Shown here piece by piece: positions 52,375 through 63,628 of a stretch of 64,000 nucleotides of DNA; positions within the stretch are counted from its first letter, which is position 1, and every line of letters starts with the position of its first letter. The notes under the pieces were generated by a model. It searched no databases. It was not told the DNA's origin and saw only the letters and a program-made list of their open reading frames with translations. A program made the position numbers and the translations under genes. The DNA comes from an uncultured Verrucomicrobiae bacterium (lineage in GTDB: Bacteria; Verrucomicrobiota; Verrucomicrobiia; Chthoniobacterales; Chthoniobacteraceae), in NCBI GenBank assembly GCA_963769025.1, contig CAVYKI010000003.1, positions 1 through 64,000 of the forward strand, written 5' to 3'.

Positions 52375-54222
52375 CTACCGGCCCTTTACAGCCCGTTCGA
52401 CCAGGAGCGCGGCGAGGTGCTGGGTCGCGTCATCCAGCGCGGCGACCGCCTTCTTCAGCGGTTGCGCGGCACCCGTGGCGATGGCGGCTTCGACTTCCGC
52501 GACGCGGCTCGCGATTGCCTGCCGTTCGTCGGAGGAAAGTTCGCCACCGACCTGCGCCAGCGCGATGCGGACGGCGGGGAGCATCTCGCCCGCTTTCAAA
52601 TTCGCCTCGGTGAAGGCGCGGTCGTTCATGTCCTCGAAGGCGTGCTCCAGCGAATCCTCCAGCATTTTCTCCACGGCCTCGTCGCTCACGTCCACGGCGC
52701 TCGACACCTCGACGGTGCGCTCGCTGCCGGTTTTCGTGTCGCGGGCGAGGACACGCAGGATGCCGTTCGCATCGATCTCGAACTGCACGCCGACGCGCGC
52801 GTGTCCCTTCGGCGCCTGCTCGAATTCCAGGTCGAATTTCCCGAGCTCCCAGTTGTCCTTCGCAAGTTCGCGCTCGCCCTGCAGCACGCGCACGAGCATC
52901 GAACGCTGGCCGCTCACGGCGTTCGTGAACATCTCGCCGCGCTTGATGGGAATGGTGGAGTTGCGCGGGATGATGACGTTCATCAGCCCGCCGAACGTCT
53001 CGATGCCGAGCGAGAGCGGCGTGATGTCGAGCAGCACGACATTCTGCACCGCGCCGCTGAGGATGCCCGCCTGGATGACCGCGCCGATGGCCACGGCCTC
53101 GTCGGGATTCTGCGAGGTGTTTGCGGCCTTTCCAAAAATCTCCGCGACCGACCGCCGCACCATCGGCATGCGCGTCTGTCCGCCGACGAGGATGATCTCG
53201 TCGAGTTCCTCGGGTTTCAGCTTCGCATCCGCGAGCGCGCGCAGGCAGTGGGCGCGCGTCCTTTCCACGATGGGCGCGGCGAGCCGCTCCAGGTCCGCGC
53301 GGGTCAGGGAAAGTGAAACGCTCCCGTGCCCTTCGACAAACGGAAGCTCGACGGCGGTCTCTTCCATTTCCGAGAGCCGGTGTTTCGCCTCGACCGCCGC
53401 CTCCCGCAGGCGCGCGAGGAGTCCGGGCGGCAGGGACGGGTCCCCGAGCCGTCCCACTTGCAACCTGCTTGAGTCGTCCGTGCGATCAGACCCCGGAAAA
53501 TTGGGGACGTTTCGGCGAAACGTCCCTACCAAGGACTCCACGAGCGCGGCGTCGATGTCGTCGCCGCCGAGTCGCGTGTTGCCATTCGTGGAGAGGACGT
53601 GGAAGACGCCGGCGGTCAGTTCGAGGATCGAGATGTCGAATGTCCCGCCGCCGAGGTCATACACGGCGATCTTTGAACGTTCGCGCAGGCGGTCGAGACC
53701 GTATGCCAGTGCGGCGGCGGTCGGCTCATTCACGATGCGCTCGACGGTCAGCCCCGCGAGTTCCCCTGCCCGCTTGGTCGCGTTGCGCTGCGCGTCGTTG
53801 AAATACGCGGGCACGGTGATCACCGCGCGCGTGACCGGCTCTCCCATGGCGCGCTCCGCGTCGGCGCGGAGCTTTTTCAGCACCTCCGCGGCGATTTCCT
53901 CGGGCGCGCGGTCCACACCGCGTGCCTGGATCGTGACCGGCTCACCCCTTTCACCCGCGAGACGGTAAGCCACATCATCCGCCTCCTCGCCCACACGTCT
54001 GCCGATGAAGCGCTTCGCCGAGTAAATCGTATTCTCCGGATCCACCGCGCGCATGCGGGCGGCGGCTCGCCCGACGATCGGTGCACCGCCGGCCGGGAAA
54101 TGCACGACGGACGGGGTGAGCCGCTCGCCGTCCGCGTCGGCCAGCAGCACGGGGAAGCCCGCCTCCATCACGCCGACGAGCGAGTTCGTGGTTCCGAGAT
54201 CGATTCCGACAATGACTGACAT
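52375..54222 (-). CDS. Hsp70 family chaperone (DnaK/HscA-like paralogue)
   Basis: GIDLGTTNS, TVPAYFNDAQR, NEPTAAALAYG, YDLGGGTFDIS, LVGGQTRMP, DITPLSLGIET. Confidence 0.92.
   Translation of the reverse strand: MSVIVGIDLGTTNSLVGVMEAGFPVLLADADGERLTPSVVHFPAGGAPIVGRAAARMRAVDPENTIYSAKRFIGRRVGEEADDVAYRLAGERGEPVTIQARGVDRAPEEIAAEVLKKLRADAERAMGEPVTRAVITVPAYFNDAQRNATKRAGELAGLTVERIVNEPTAAALAYGLDRLRERSKIAVYDLGGGTFDISILELTAGVFHVLSTNGNTRLGGDDIDAALVESLVGTFRRNVPNFPGSDRTDDSSRLQVGRLGDPSLPPGLLARLREAAVEAKHRLSEMEETAVELPFVEGHGSVSLSLTRADLERLAAPIVERTRAHCLRALADAKLKPEELDEIILVGGQTRMPMVRRSVAEIFGKAANTSQNPDEAVAIGAVIQAGILSGAVQNVVLLDITPLSLGIETFGGLMNVIIPRNSTIPIKRGEMFTNAVSGQRSMLVRVLQGERELAKDNWELGKFDLEFEQAPKGHARVGVQFEIDANGILRVLARDTKTGSERTVEVSSAVDVSDEAVEKMLEDSLEHAFEDMNDRAFTEANLKAGEMLPAVRIALAQVGGELSSDERQAIASRVAEVEAAIATGAAQPLKKAVAALDDATQHLAALLVERAVKGR
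53429..53530. repeat. GTAG-type REP doublet inserted in frame in the Hsp70 gene
   Basis: ggcagggacgggtccccgagccgtccc (53429-53455) and gggacgtttcggcgaaacgtccctacc (53504-53530) are inverted, and each is a hairpin. The span is 102 bp. Confidence 0.75.
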
Positions 54223-54313
54223 CGCGCGGACGATGCCGCCGCTCCGCCCGTCTGAGAAGCGCGATGTTTTCGCTTTGCCGCGCGGGGCCGTTCAGACTGA
54301 ATCGCACGCGTTC

Positions 54314-55474
54314 ATGCGAATCCTCGACCGATACGTCCTGCGAAGCTTTCTGGAGCCGTTCCTGCTCTGCTTTTTCGGCTTTCTCGGGATCCTCATCATC
54401 TTCGATCTGTTCGACAACTCGAACGACTTCATCGCGGGAAAGTCGCGCATCCTTCTCATCGGCATCTACTACGCGCACCAGATCCCGCACTTCATCCTGC
54501 TCTGCATGCCGGTCGGCATCCTGCTCGCGCTGCTCTACAGCCTCAGCAAGCTTTCGCGCTCAAACGAAATCATCTCGATGCTCACCGCCGGGCGCAGCGT
54601 CCCCCGCATCCTCGTCCCGCTTTTCATTTTCTGCGCAGGCATTGCCGGACTCTGCACGTGGCTGAACTACGAACTCGCCCCGCGCGCCGACGCGCTGCGC
54701 CGCGAGGATATCGGGCGGATCCGTTTCGGAGAGGGGGAAATGGAGAAGTTCAAGTTCGTCGTGGGACATCTCTCGAAGGATCGGATGACCAACCGGCTGT
54801 GGTTCGGCGCCGTCTGGCGTCCGAATGTCGACGCGCTCGACGAGGTGCACATCACGCAGCTCGATGCCACCGGCCAGCCGATCACCCGCTGGTACGCCCG
54901 CGAGGCCACCTACGACGCCCGTACCGGCAAGTGGATTCTCGCGCAGGGCAAGCAGGTCGGCTTCGACGCGGAAGGGAACATCTCCGGCACCACCGAGGAC
55001 TGGACGCGCAGCTACGGGGCGGATGCCACGCGCACGATCGACGGCTGGAGCGAAACGCCGTTCCGCATCGCCAGTTCGCGCATGGAAGCGGAGCAGCTCA
55101 GCGTGCCCGACCTGCAGGAGTACCTCGCCTCGAACGCCGACCTTCCGGATCGGCAGCTCGCGGCCTTTCGCACACACCTCCAGCATCGCTGGGCGCTGCC
55201 ATTCACATGCTTCGCCATCACCTTCATCGCGGCGCCGCTCGGCATCGTATATTCACGCCGGGCGGTCCTCGCATCGGTCGCTGCGAGCATCTTCATCTTC
55301 TTCGTCTTCCTCTTTCTCATGTTCTTTTTCCTCGCGCTGGGAAAAGGCCACCACGTCTCACCCGCTGTCGCCGCGTGGACTCCCAATGCCGCGCTCGTCG
55401 TGATCGGCTGCTATCTCCTTTACCTCCGCTCGACCAATCGCGAGGCATTCCGATTCTCCTTCCGTAAAAAATGA
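54314..55474 (+). CDS. LptF/LptG family LPS export permease
   Basis: MRILDRYVLRSFL, LSRSNEIISMLTAGRS, periplasmic beta region, RWALPF, AAWTPN. Confidence 0.88.
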   Translation: MRILDRYVLRSFLEPFLLCFFGFLGILIIFDLFDNSNDFIAGKSRILLIGIYYAHQIPHFILLCMPVGILLALLYSLSKLSRSNEIISMLTAGRSVPRILVPLFIFCAGIAGLCTWLNYELAPRADALRREDIGRIRFGEGEMEKFKFVVGHLSKDRMTNRLWFGAVWRPNVDALDEVHITQLDATGQPITRWYAREATYDARTGKWILAQGKQVGFDAEGNISGTTEDWTRSYGADATRTIDGWSETPFRIASSRMEAEQLSVPDLQEYLASNADLPDRQLAAFRTHLQHRWALPFTCFAITFIAAPLGIVYSRRAVLASVAASIFIFFVFLFLMFFFLALGKGHHVSPAVAAWTPNAALVVIGCYLLYLRSTNREAFRFSFRKK

Positions 55475-56031
55475 CCAACGACTGGACCATCCAAAGCCGA
55501 GCCCCCCACTGCGCCGCCACCGGCGTCGCATTTGCCGACGGCGAATATTTCTACACCCTTCTCTTCCATGAAAAGGACGGCTTCCGTCGCGAGGACCTGT
55601 GCGAGGAGGCGTTCAGGAACCGCGCCGAAAGCCCCGCTCCGTTTTCGTTCTGGAAATCGAAATTCGAGCCGCCGCTGGCCGCGCCACCGGAAGCCGTGAG
55701 CAAGCAGACCGCCGAGGATCTCCTGCGCAGCTACATGCTGGAGTCCGGCATCGAGCACGCAAACGCCCGCTACATCCTCGCGCTCATGCTGGAGCGCAAA
55801 CGCCTGCTGCGGGAGATCGAGGCAAAGCACGGCGACGACGGCTCGCTCACGCGCATCTACGAGCACGTGAAGACCGGCGAGGTTTTCGTGGTGCCCGACC
55901 CGCAGCTGCGCCTCGACCAGGTCGAGCAGGTGCAGCTGCAAGTCGCCGGTCTTCTCGGTGCCCCCGCGCCGAATGCACCTGTTGCGACACCCGTTCCGGC
56001 CGCGCCAGACGAGGTCTCGTCGCCGTCGTAA
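55471..56031 (+). CDS. Hypothetical protein
   Basis: ATGA-coupled to the upstream gene; globular-looking sequence (CAATG..F, RREDLC, SFWKS, RYILALMLERKRLL). Confidence 0.75.
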   Translation: MTNDWTIQSRAPHCAATGVAFADGEYFYTLLFHEKDGFRREDLCEEAFRNRAESPAPFSFWKSKFEPPLAAPPEAVSKQTAEDLLRSYMLESGIEHANARYILALMLERKRLLREIEAKHGDDGSLTRIYEHVKTGEVFVVPDPQLRLDQVEQVQLQVAGLLGAPAPNAPVATPVPAAPDEVSSPS

Positions 56032-56033
56032 TA

Positions 56034-56090
56034 GCGCGGACAATCCTGTCCGCCGTGTCGCACTTCCGCGGAAAGGATTGTCCACGTTAC
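56034..56090. repeat. REP-like inverted doublet or bidirectional terminator between convergent genes
   Basis: gcgcggacaatcctgtccgc ... gcggaaaggattgtccacgttac are imperfect inverted copies. Confidence 0.6.
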
Positions 56091-58834
56091 AACATCCCGA
56101 ATCGCTTCCGCAAAATCCACTCGATGGTGAGCAGCAGCACAATCGGGAGAAACCACCACCAGCTCTGCCAGAGAACGGTGTCGCTCTCGATCACCTGGCC
56201 CGTGCTCAGCGGTGCGAGCCGTTCGATGAGCGTGTCGCTCTGCTCCTCGCGCAGATATTCCCCGCCGCCCGCGAGGCTCACCTGCCGGAGGATGTCCTCG
56301 TTCAGACTGAGCAGCGTGCGCTCGACATTCTCGCGCGCGGTGACTCCGAACTGCGTGCGGGCCTTGAGCTGATCGGATGGCACAGCCGCGGTGTCGATTG
56401 CGAGCTCGTAGGCTCCGCTGTCGAGCGCAGCGGTCCGGCCGCGGTAGAGGCCACCCTCGTCCGGTGAAAGCGTAATCGACGCGACCTTCTGTCCGTCGCG
56501 GTAGAGCACGGCGTTCACCGAGGCATCGGAGACCGGGCGGCCCTCCGCATCGCGGAGGCGCGCGCGGATGTCCGCCTGATCGCCCGGCTGGTAGGTGAGC
56601 TGGCCCGCGTCGAGCTGCACAAATTTGTCGCGCGCAGCAAAGGGAGTCTCGCCGATGTAGTCGCCAAGCTGGTTCCAAAAGCGCACGTGGTAGAGATCCG
56701 CGACCTCGTAACGCCACCGCCACGAGTCATCGAATGCCTGGTAATACACGCGGCCAGCGCCGAACGGCCGCAGCACCGCGGCCGGCATGCGCGTGCCGGC
56801 GACCGCTTCGAGCAGCACCTCCGCGCCGGGCAGCGGCTTCACCTGCGCGACGAAATGAGGCGGCGGCAGCTTCGCCCATGTGTCGGCGTTGACGGACGAA
56901 TCGGTGCCGAGCATGAACGCCCCGATGCTCTGCGCGCGTCCCGCGAGGGCGAGCGACTTCACGCCGTCGCGCACGCCCGGCCCGGTCCACTCCACGGGAA
57001 ACAGCGGGGCCAGCGCCGTGCCCTCGTACCCGCGGAGCGCACCTCGCGAACCGTCGATGAATGCAATCGCGCCGCCGCGCCTGCCCACGAATTCCGCGAG
57101 CCACTTCAGCTCCTCGTCCTTGAAAACGCCGCGCGGCACTTCCCCGAAGATGATGAGGTCATACCCATCCAGCGCCTTCTGCGTCGCGGGAAACGTGCCG
57201 GCCTTGTCCCCGCGGATGAAGCCCGTGTCCGAAGTCGCGCCTGCCATGACGGCGTTGACCTCCCATTTTTCGTCGCGGTCAAAAAGATTCCGCAGGTAGC
57301 GCGTCTCCCATCGCGGACGGCCGTCGAGGATGAGGATTTTCCGCTTCTGCGTGACGGCGCGGAAACGGAGCGGCGCGGAGTTGTTGGAAAGTTCGCGATC
57401 GCCGTCCACGTTGCTGACCTCGGCGGTGAGCTGCAGCGGCGCGCCGGCAATCTCGTAGCCCTGCTGCTGCTGCTTCATCCGGGCATCCGCGAGCTCCTTG
57501 ATGGGAAACTCGAACGGCACACGCCGAACACCCTTGCCGAGCGAGACGAGCGGTTTTTCCCACACGATCTTGCCGCCGTCCTTCACGGAAACGGTGAATG
57601 CCTCGCCGGGCGGGACTTCCTCCTTGATGTGGATTTCGCCCCGCACGCGGTCCTCGAAGAACACGGAATCCGGCGCCACGACGCGGAGCACGGCGATGTC
57701 GCGCGGCGGCACCTGGCTGCCGAATCCGATGGAAAATACGCCGGTCTTGCGCCCAGCGAGAATGCGCGCTGCATCGAGCGGGGATTCGCCGGCATTGTGC
57801 TGGCCGTCAGTGAGCAGGACGACGGCGCTCTTCTCCGCCCCGCCCGCGGCCTCGCCGGCAAATTTCAGTCCGGCAGTGAGGCTCGTGGATTGCGAGACGG
57901 GTTTCGGCAGCCCGGCGGGCGGCGCGGAACCTCCCGCGCTGGAATGCCAGAGCATTTTCGCCTCGTTCCCATCGAGCAGGACGAGCTGGACGTCGTGTTT
58001 TTCCGCGAGGCGTGTGAGAATTCGTTTCTCCGCCGGGCCTTCGAGGAGCAGCGCCTGCACCCGCTGCCAGCGGGGAAGTGCGTCGAACTTCGCAAGCGCC
58101 GCGCGGAGCGGCGCGGCCGCGGGATCGCCGTCGATCTGCTTTTCAAACAGTGCGGAAATCTTGAGCGAGAAACGCCCGGCAGTTTCGCCGAGGCGGGTGA
58201 GATCGCCGGAGGCGCGGATGCGATCGTCCACGGCGACGAATTGCCGCGCCGCCAGCTCGCGCGCTGGCTCCGCGACATCGGTGCGGAGGCGAGCGATTTC
58301 GTCGCTGCCGGGCAAACCCTTGGCGAGGAATTTGGCGGCGTCAGCAGCCTTGGCTGCGAACTCGGAGGAGAGCTTGCGCCATATTTCGTCGTCAAGCGCC
58401 TCGACTGGCGGCAGACGGTCGGCGATGCCGCGCGCGTCGGCCAGCGCCGCGGCGGCCTGGGGAAGATCGAGCGCGACGTCCGCCCCCTCGAGGAGGCCGA
58501 GCCTGCGCGCGATGGCGATTTTCCGCCCGGCGTCCATCGCGGGATCCGCGAGCTGCATGGACTCGGAGGCGTCGATGCACAGGAAGAGGCGCGCGAGCTG
58601 GCCGATGACCTTGCGGTGGTGCAGCACCGGCCCGCTGAGCATGAGCACGATGAGGATGACTGCCAGGCCGCGCAGCGTGGGAAGCAGCACACGCACCCAG
58701 CGGTTGTGCGAATGCGTGTCCCGTCGGTAGAGCATCCACGCGATGCCGGCGAGCAGCAAGGCGACGCCGACGCCGGCATACCAGGGCCAGTCGCCCGTCC
58801 ATCGCAGCGTGGTGGTGACGTGCTCGCGGTTCAT
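56087..58834 (-). CDS. Membrane-anchored vWA plus glutamine-amidotransferase-like domain protein
   Basis: N-terminal TMs; DASESM and LLTDG (MIDAS); PRWETRYLRN; DDSWRWR; C-terminal TM EWILRKRFG. Confidence 0.8.
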   Translation of the reverse strand: MNREHVTTTLRWTGDWPWYAGVGVALLLAGIAWMLYRRDTHSHNRWVRVLLPTLRGLAVILIVLMLSGPVLHHRKVIGQLARLFLCIDASESMQLADPAMDAGRKIAIARRLGLLEGADVALDLPQAAAALADARGIADRLPPVEALDDEIWRKLSSEFAAKAADAAKFLAKGLPGSDEIARLRTDVAEPARELAARQFVAVDDRIRASGDLTRLGETAGRFSLKISALFEKQIDGDPAAAPLRAALAKFDALPRWQRVQALLLEGPAEKRILTRLAEKHDVQLVLLDGNEAKMLWHSSAGGSAPPAGLPKPVSQSTSLTAGLKFAGEAAGGAEKSAVVLLTDGQHNAGESPLDAARILAGRKTGVFSIGFGSQVPPRDIAVLRVVAPDSVFFEDRVRGEIHIKEEVPPGEAFTVSVKDGGKIVWEKPLVSLGKGVRRVPFEFPIKELADARMKQQQQGYEIAGAPLQLTAEVSNVDGDRELSNNSAPLRFRAVTQKRKILILDGRPRWETRYLRNLFDRDEKWEVNAVMAGATSDTGFIRGDKAGTFPATQKALDGYDLIIFGEVPRGVFKDEELKWLAEFVGRRGGAIAFIDGSRGALRGYEGTALAPLFPVEWTGPGVRDGVKSLALAGRAQSIGAFMLGTDSSVNADTWAKLPPPHFVAQVKPLPGAEVLLEAVAGTRMPAAVLRPFGAGRVYYQAFDDSWRWRYEVADLYHVRFWNQLGDYIGETPFAARDKFVQLDAGQLTYQPGDQADIRARLRDAEGRPVSDASVNAVLYRDGQKVASITLSPDEGGLYRGRTAALDSGAYELAIDTAAVPSDQLKARTQFGVTARENVERTLLSLNEDILRQVSLAGGGEYLREEQSDTLIERLAPLSTGQVIESDTVLWQSWWWFLPIVLLLTIEWILRKRFGML

Positions 58835-60996
58835 AGTTTGGTGCGCACTCCGGCGAATTTCCGCTCAAGAAAGAGCTCGAGGAAGATGAGCGCCAGCAGG
58901 CCGAGGAGCGCCCATTTCCAGAGTTCCTCACCGAAGCGCTGACGATGCTCCATGTCGCGATATTCCGTCGCGTTGTGGACGACGGCCACGCCATGCACCT
59001 TCCCGAACTCGGCAATCTCCGTGTCGCTCAGCCGCGCGAGATCGGACTCACGGCGATCCGCGTTCACCACGTAATGGATCGGCTGCCCGCCCGGCGGCTG
59101 CAGCGTGTAGAGGCCCGGCTGGTAAAGCGGCGCGGTCTCGACGACCCCGCGCTCTTCCTTCTTCACGATCGGCACTTCGATGGGGGTCCCGTCCGGCCCG
59201 CTGAGCAGCGCCTTTTTCCCGGCGGTTTCGACAGGCAAAAATGAAATGAGCGCGCGACCGACCTCGAGATTGCGCGGCGGATTCACCGTCGAGGCGAGAT
59301 GCACGCAGAGCCGCTGCACGAGCGGGAGGTAAAATGGGCGCGCGGGGAGATTCCCCCAGTCGGCGTCCGCGGCCGTGGCGCAGGCGATCACGCGGCCGTG
59401 CCCGACGGCGCGCTCGACGAGAAATGGATCCCCGGAGTCGAGCCGCGCGAGGACGACCGGCGCGAGCGGATCGCCGGAGTCGGCGGGCGCGCGCATTTTG
59501 AACCAGACCTTGATCGCAGCCTCGGTCATCGAGCCGTTGCGCGGGTCGTTGAAAAGTTCGAGTGCGGGATTTTCAAAACGCTGGGCCGCGATGCCGACGC
59601 CCTGCGCGCCGTCCTTCAGTTCGCCGGAGATGCCCGCGAGCGGCACCGGGGCGAGCGGGGCAAAGGGACCGTTCCACCACGCGGTGTCCGTGCGGTCACC
59701 GGGGAAGATGAGCAGGCCGCCGCCATTTTTCACGAAGTCCGTCAGGACGCGCACCTGCTCGGGAGTGAGCTTGCGCACGTTCGCGAGGACGATGGCAGCG
59801 GCGTCGCCGAGGCTCTTCGCGCTGAACGAATCCGCAGTGACGACGGTCGGCCGGATGAGGTCGCTGAGTTCCACTTTGCCCGCGGCGAATGGCGACAGGG
59901 CGATCTGCAGATAGGCGGTCTCGGAGGCGATGTCCTCGGGCGTCGGCCCGGGAGCGCCGTCCACGAGCAAGACCGGGATGCGGTCGCGCACGGGGATGCT
60001 CGCGAGAAAGGTGTTGTCGGCCGCGAGGACATCGGGCTCGATGGAAACCTCGACGACATGCGAGCCCGCGGCGTCGAATGCGTGTGTGAAGAGCACCTGC
60101 GCCTTCGCGTGGGGCCCGAGCGCGACTTGCGACGCGGCCTTGTCCTTGCCGTCCACTTTCAAGGTCACGCGCAGGTCGCCATGGTTGGCGTCGCCGAAGT
60201 TGCGAAGGTTCGCGCGGATTTGCACTTTCTGCCCGACGCCGACCATGAGCCGCGAAAAATCGAGCGACTCGACGGCGACGTTTTCCTTCACCTCCTGGCC
60301 GACGTCCCAGAACGTGACGTTCGGCACCGCGGGCTGTTTGCGGATCCGCTGCACCGCGCGGCCGATGAGCGCGTCCTCCGTCGCGGGAAAACTCACGCGC
60401 TGGAAATCCGTAAGCACCACGATCTGCCGCGCGCTCTCGTGCATTTTCTCCAGCGTGCCGGCCGCGAGATCGAGGGCGGCTGGAATGCGCGCCGTGCCGA
60501 ATCCCGCCGTGGCCTTCGACAACGCCTGCGTGACGCGGGAGAGATCGTAGGTCGGCGCATCGAGGACGCCGCGTCCGCCTTCACCCATGAGGATCGCGTG
60601 GACTTCCGAGCCCTGGCGCAGTTCGTTGATGAGGCGCAGCGTCTCGTCCTTCGCGATGCCAAAGCCCGTGGTGCCCGCACGCGAGGCGTCCATCGAATAG
60701 CTGTTGTCCAGCAGCACCACGGTGGATGTCTTTGCCTCGCCGAGCAGCGACTGCGCGCCCTTCCAGAGCGGCCGCGCCATTGCGAGCGCGAGGAGAACCG
60801 GGATGGCGCAGCGGATCGCGAGCAGTATCCATTGTTCGATTTGGATGCGGCGGCGATTGGTCTTCAGGACCGCTTCGAGCAGGTGCATCGCGCCCCATTT
60901 CACCACCTTGAACCGGCTCTTGTGAAAGAGGTGGATGAGAATCGGTATCGCGAGCGCGGCGGCTCCGCCGAGGAGGGCGATGTTGAGGAAGTTCAT
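58831..60996 (-). CDS. BatA N-terminal double-TM plus vWA plus Ig-like (CARDB-like) domain protein
   Basis: MNFLN..PILIHL..WGAMHLL..LAMARP; LDNSYSM; VLTDFQ; C-terminal TM. Confidence 0.85.
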   Translation of the reverse strand: MNFLNIALLGGAAALAIPILIHLFHKSRFKVVKWGAMHLLEAVLKTNRRRIQIEQWILLAIRCAIPVLLALAMARPLWKGAQSLLGEAKTSTVVLLDNSYSMDASRAGTTGFGIAKDETLRLINELRQGSEVHAILMGEGGRGVLDAPTYDLSRVTQALSKATAGFGTARIPAALDLAAGTLEKMHESARQIVVLTDFQRVSFPATEDALIGRAVQRIRKQPAVPNVTFWDVGQEVKENVAVESLDFSRLMVGVGQKVQIRANLRNFGDANHGDLRVTLKVDGKDKAASQVALGPHAKAQVLFTHAFDAAGSHVVEVSIEPDVLAADNTFLASIPVRDRIPVLLVDGAPGPTPEDIASETAYLQIALSPFAAGKVELSDLIRPTVVTADSFSAKSLGDAAAIVLANVRKLTPEQVRVLTDFVKNGGGLLIFPGDRTDTAWWNGPFAPLAPVPLAGISGELKDGAQGVGIAAQRFENPALELFNDPRNGSMTEAAIKVWFKMRAPADSGDPLAPVVLARLDSGDPFLVERAVGHGRVIACATAADADWGNLPARPFYLPLVQRLCVHLASTVNPPRNLEVGRALISFLPVETAGKKALLSGPDGTPIEVPIVKKEERGVVETAPLYQPGLYTLQPPGGQPIHYVVNADRRESDLARLSDTEIAEFGKVHGVAVVHNATEYRDMEHRQRFGEELWKWALLGLLALIFLELFLERKFAGVRTKL

Positions 60997-61898
60997 CCCC
61001 GCGCCAGCCTCCGGCTCAGGTATGCGGCGAGCGCCTTCGCGTAGGGTTCGTCTGTCGTGAATGGCACGAGATCCACCTTGTGCCGGCGGCATCCGCGTGT
61101 GAGTTCGGTGCGGAATTTTTCGAGGTTCGCGAGGTAGGCCTGCCGCAGGATCGCGGGGTCGAGCAGGTGCTTCACGCCATCGCGCTCCATGCATTCGAAC
61201 TGCGTCCAGCCCTTGAACCGAAATGCGAGTTCATCCGGGTGCCAGATTTGGAAGACGAGGATCTCGTGCCGCGCGTGGCGGAAGTGCGCGAGCGCCTTGA
61301 GGAAATTTGCGACCTCGCCGAAGCAGTCCGAGATGATGACGAGCAGGCCGCGCCGGTGGAGCTTCGGCACGAGATCGTGAAAGACCTTGCCGAGTTCCGT
61401 CTCGCCGCCGGGCTTTCCGCTTTCGAGTTCGTTCAAAATCATCCGCAGGTGGCTCACGCGCGAACGCGGCGGGATGTAGCGGCGGATTTGCGTGTCGAAT
61501 GTGACGAGCCCGACGCCGTCGGACTGCTGGAGCATGAGGTAGGAGAGACACGCGGCGAGCTTCGTCGCGTATTCGAACTTGCTCACCTGCCCCGGCTGGC
61601 CGCCGCCGTAGTCCATCGAGCCGCTGCGGTCGAGGATGATGGTCGCACGGAGGTTCGTCTCCTCCTCGTATTCGCGGATGTAGTAGCGGTCGCTGCGCGC
61701 GAAGACGCGCCAGTCGATGTGGCGGATTTCATCGCCGGGCACGTACTGCCGGTGCTGCTTGAACTCGACGCTGAAGCCCTTGTGCGGCGAGCGGTGCATG
61801 CCGGTGGTAAAGCCCTCGACGACCTGCCGCGCAAAAACCTGCAGGTTCGAGATGCGCTGGAGGTCGGACGGAGTGAGGAAGTCCGAGACGTGGGCCAT
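60993..61898 (-). CDS. DUF58 domain protein (MoxR partner)
   Basis: [43 protein letters not shown]. Confidence 0.92.
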   Translation of the reverse strand: MAHVSDFLTPSDLQRISNLQVFARQVVEGFTTGMHRSPHKGFSVEFKQHRQYVPGDEIRHIDWRVFARSDRYYIREYEEETNLRATIILDRSGSMDYGGGQPGQVSKFEYATKLAACLSYLMLQQSDGVGLVTFDTQIRRYIPPRSRVSHLRMILNELESGKPGGETELGKVFHDLVPKLHRRGLLVIISDCFGEVANFLKALAHFRHARHEILVFQIWHPDELAFRFKGWTQFECMERDGVKHLLDPAILRQAYLANLEKFRTELTRGCRRHKVDLVPFTTDEPYAKALAAYLSRRLARG

Positions 61899-61925
61899 GC
61901 CGTGCGGAGGGTCGGAATTCCGGAA

Positions 61926-62960
61926 TTACAGGGCGCGTTTCGCCTCGCCGCGCGGCACGTGCTTCAGGATGCGCCGGACGATTTCGTCCACGCTCACCCC
62001 TTCGGCCTCGGCATTGAACGTGGGCACGATGCGGTGCCGCAGCACCGGAAGCGCGAGCGCCTCGATGTCGTCGATCGTCACATGGAAGCGGCCCTGCAGC
62101 ACCGCGCGTACTTTTCCGGCGAGCACGAGGTTCTGGCACGCACGCGGGCCGGCGCCCCAGCTGATGAGCTCCTTCACGAACGCCGGAGCGTCCGGCTCGT
62201 TCGGCCGCGAGATGCGGACGACATCGAGCACGAAATCCATCACGTGATCCGGCACGGGCACTTTGCGCACGACTTTCTGGAGCTCCAGAATCTGCTGTCC
62301 GCTGAGCACCGTCTGCACGTCGGAAATAAACGTGCCCGTCGTGCGTGTCACGATTTGCCGCTCCTCGTCGCGACTCGGGTAGTCGACATTGACGAGAAAG
62401 ATGAAGCGGTCGCGCTGCGCTTCGGGCAGCGGATAGGTGCCTTCCTGCTCGATCGGATTTTGCGTCGCGAGGACGAAGAACGGCTGGTCGAGTTCGAAGG
62501 TCTTGCCGCCGATGGTCACGTGCTTTTCCTGCATCGCCTCGAGCAGCGCGGCCTGCGTCTTGGGCGGCGTGCGGTTGATTTCATCCGCCAGCAGCATCTG
62601 GGTGAAAATCGGGCCTTTCTGGAAGACGAACTGGCGATGTCCCGTGGAGGATTCCTGAATGATGTCCGTGCCCGTGATGTCCGAGGGCATGAGGTCGGGA
62701 GTGAACTGGATTCGCCGGAAGCCCATATTCAGCGCCTGCGAGAGCGTGCGGACCATCGCGGTCTTCGCCAGCCCCGGAACGCCTTCGAGCAGGCAGTGGC
62801 CGCCGGCGAGCACGGCGATGAGCAGTTGCTCGATGACCTCCTTTTGCCCGACGATGAATTTCGCCATTTCGCGCGTGATTTTTTCGTACGCGTCCACGAG
62901 CAGCGCGGCGGCTGCCTTGTCGTCGAGTTCAGTCTTGGGAGGGTTGTCAGTGGTGGTCAT
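61926..62960 (-). CDS. moxR: MoxR family AAA+ ATPase
   Basis: [67 protein letters not shown]. Confidence 0.93.
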   Translation of the reverse strand: MTTTDNPPKTELDDKAAAALLVDAYEKITREMAKFIVGQKEVIEQLLIAVLAGGHCLLEGVPGLAKTAMVRTLSQALNMGFRRIQFTPDLMPSDITGTDIIQESSTGHRQFVFQKGPIFTQMLLADEINRTPPKTQAALLEAMQEKHVTIGGKTFELDQPFFVLATQNPIEQEGTYPLPEAQRDRFIFLVNVDYPSRDEERQIVTRTTGTFISDVQTVLSGQQILELQKVVRKVPVPDHVMDFVLDVVRISRPNEPDAPAFVKELISWGAGPRACQNLVLAGKVRAVLQGRFHVTIDDIEALALPVLRHRIVPTFNAEAEGVSVDEIVRRILKHVPRGEAKRAL

Positions 62961-63061
62961 GTCGTTTGGGAAAATGGGTCTATGGCAAAGAAAACGCCGT
63001 TCGGCGAGAAACGTCGAACGGCGTCAAATTCCAGTCAGCCTGGAGCAGTCGCGCGTCGTGC

Positions 63062-63619
63062 TTACATCTCTGCGATCTCAGGCAGCGGCATGTCCACCCA
63101 GACAGGCGGCGTGCAGATGGCTGGCTGTGCGGCAAACTGCCACTCGGGTTCCACCGCCGTGCTCGAAATTTTCTCAAGCCGGCTGCGGAACTCCTCGACA
63201 CTGCGTGCAAAGCCTTTCTCCTGTACATCGGCGACCATGCCCTGAACGGCCTGCCCCGCCGAGGCGAGCTTGTCGGCGGTGACACCGCCATTTTGCCAGA
63301 AACCGGGCCGGGTCGCAGTGTAGGCGGTGCCCACGGAAAGTAGGAGGATCGCGGCTGCCTTTTGCAAAAATCCGCGCCAGTGCCATGCGGGCACCTCAAG
63401 CACCTTCGAGCGCTGCTCGTCGCTCAGCGCAAGGGCCTCGATCTCGCCGCGCTGTTCCATGCCTTCCTTCAGCAGTTCGCCGATTTCCAGCATCTTGTAG
63501 ATGTCGTTACGGCATTCCTCGGAGATCCCGAGCATGCTTTCGACGTAGAGGCGCTCGTCCGGGGGGAGTTCGTTGAGCGCGTAATCGGTTAGGTCTTGTT
63601 CTGACAGTCTCCCTCTCAT
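63062..63619 (-). CDS. Putative anti-sigma factor (single TM)
   Basis: Directly downstream of the ECF sigma; LTDYALNELPPDER..ECR N-terminal pattern; one TM helix. Confidence 0.65.
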   Translation of the reverse strand: MRGRLSEQDLTDYALNELPPDERLYVESMLGISEECRNDIYKMLEIGELLKEGMEQRGEIEALALSDEQRSKVLEVPAWHWRGFLQKAAAILLLSVGTAYTATRPGFWQNGGVTADKLASAGQAVQGMVADVQEKGFARSVEEFRSRLEKISSTAVEPEWQFAAQPAICTPPVWVDMPLPEIAEM

Positions 63620-63628
63620 TGGTGTATT

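Noticed and set aside
52375..54222. Assigning dnaK or hscA
   Set aside because: No grpE/dnaJ or isc/hscB neighbours are present, and the C-terminus is short. The orthology cannot be settled by eye.
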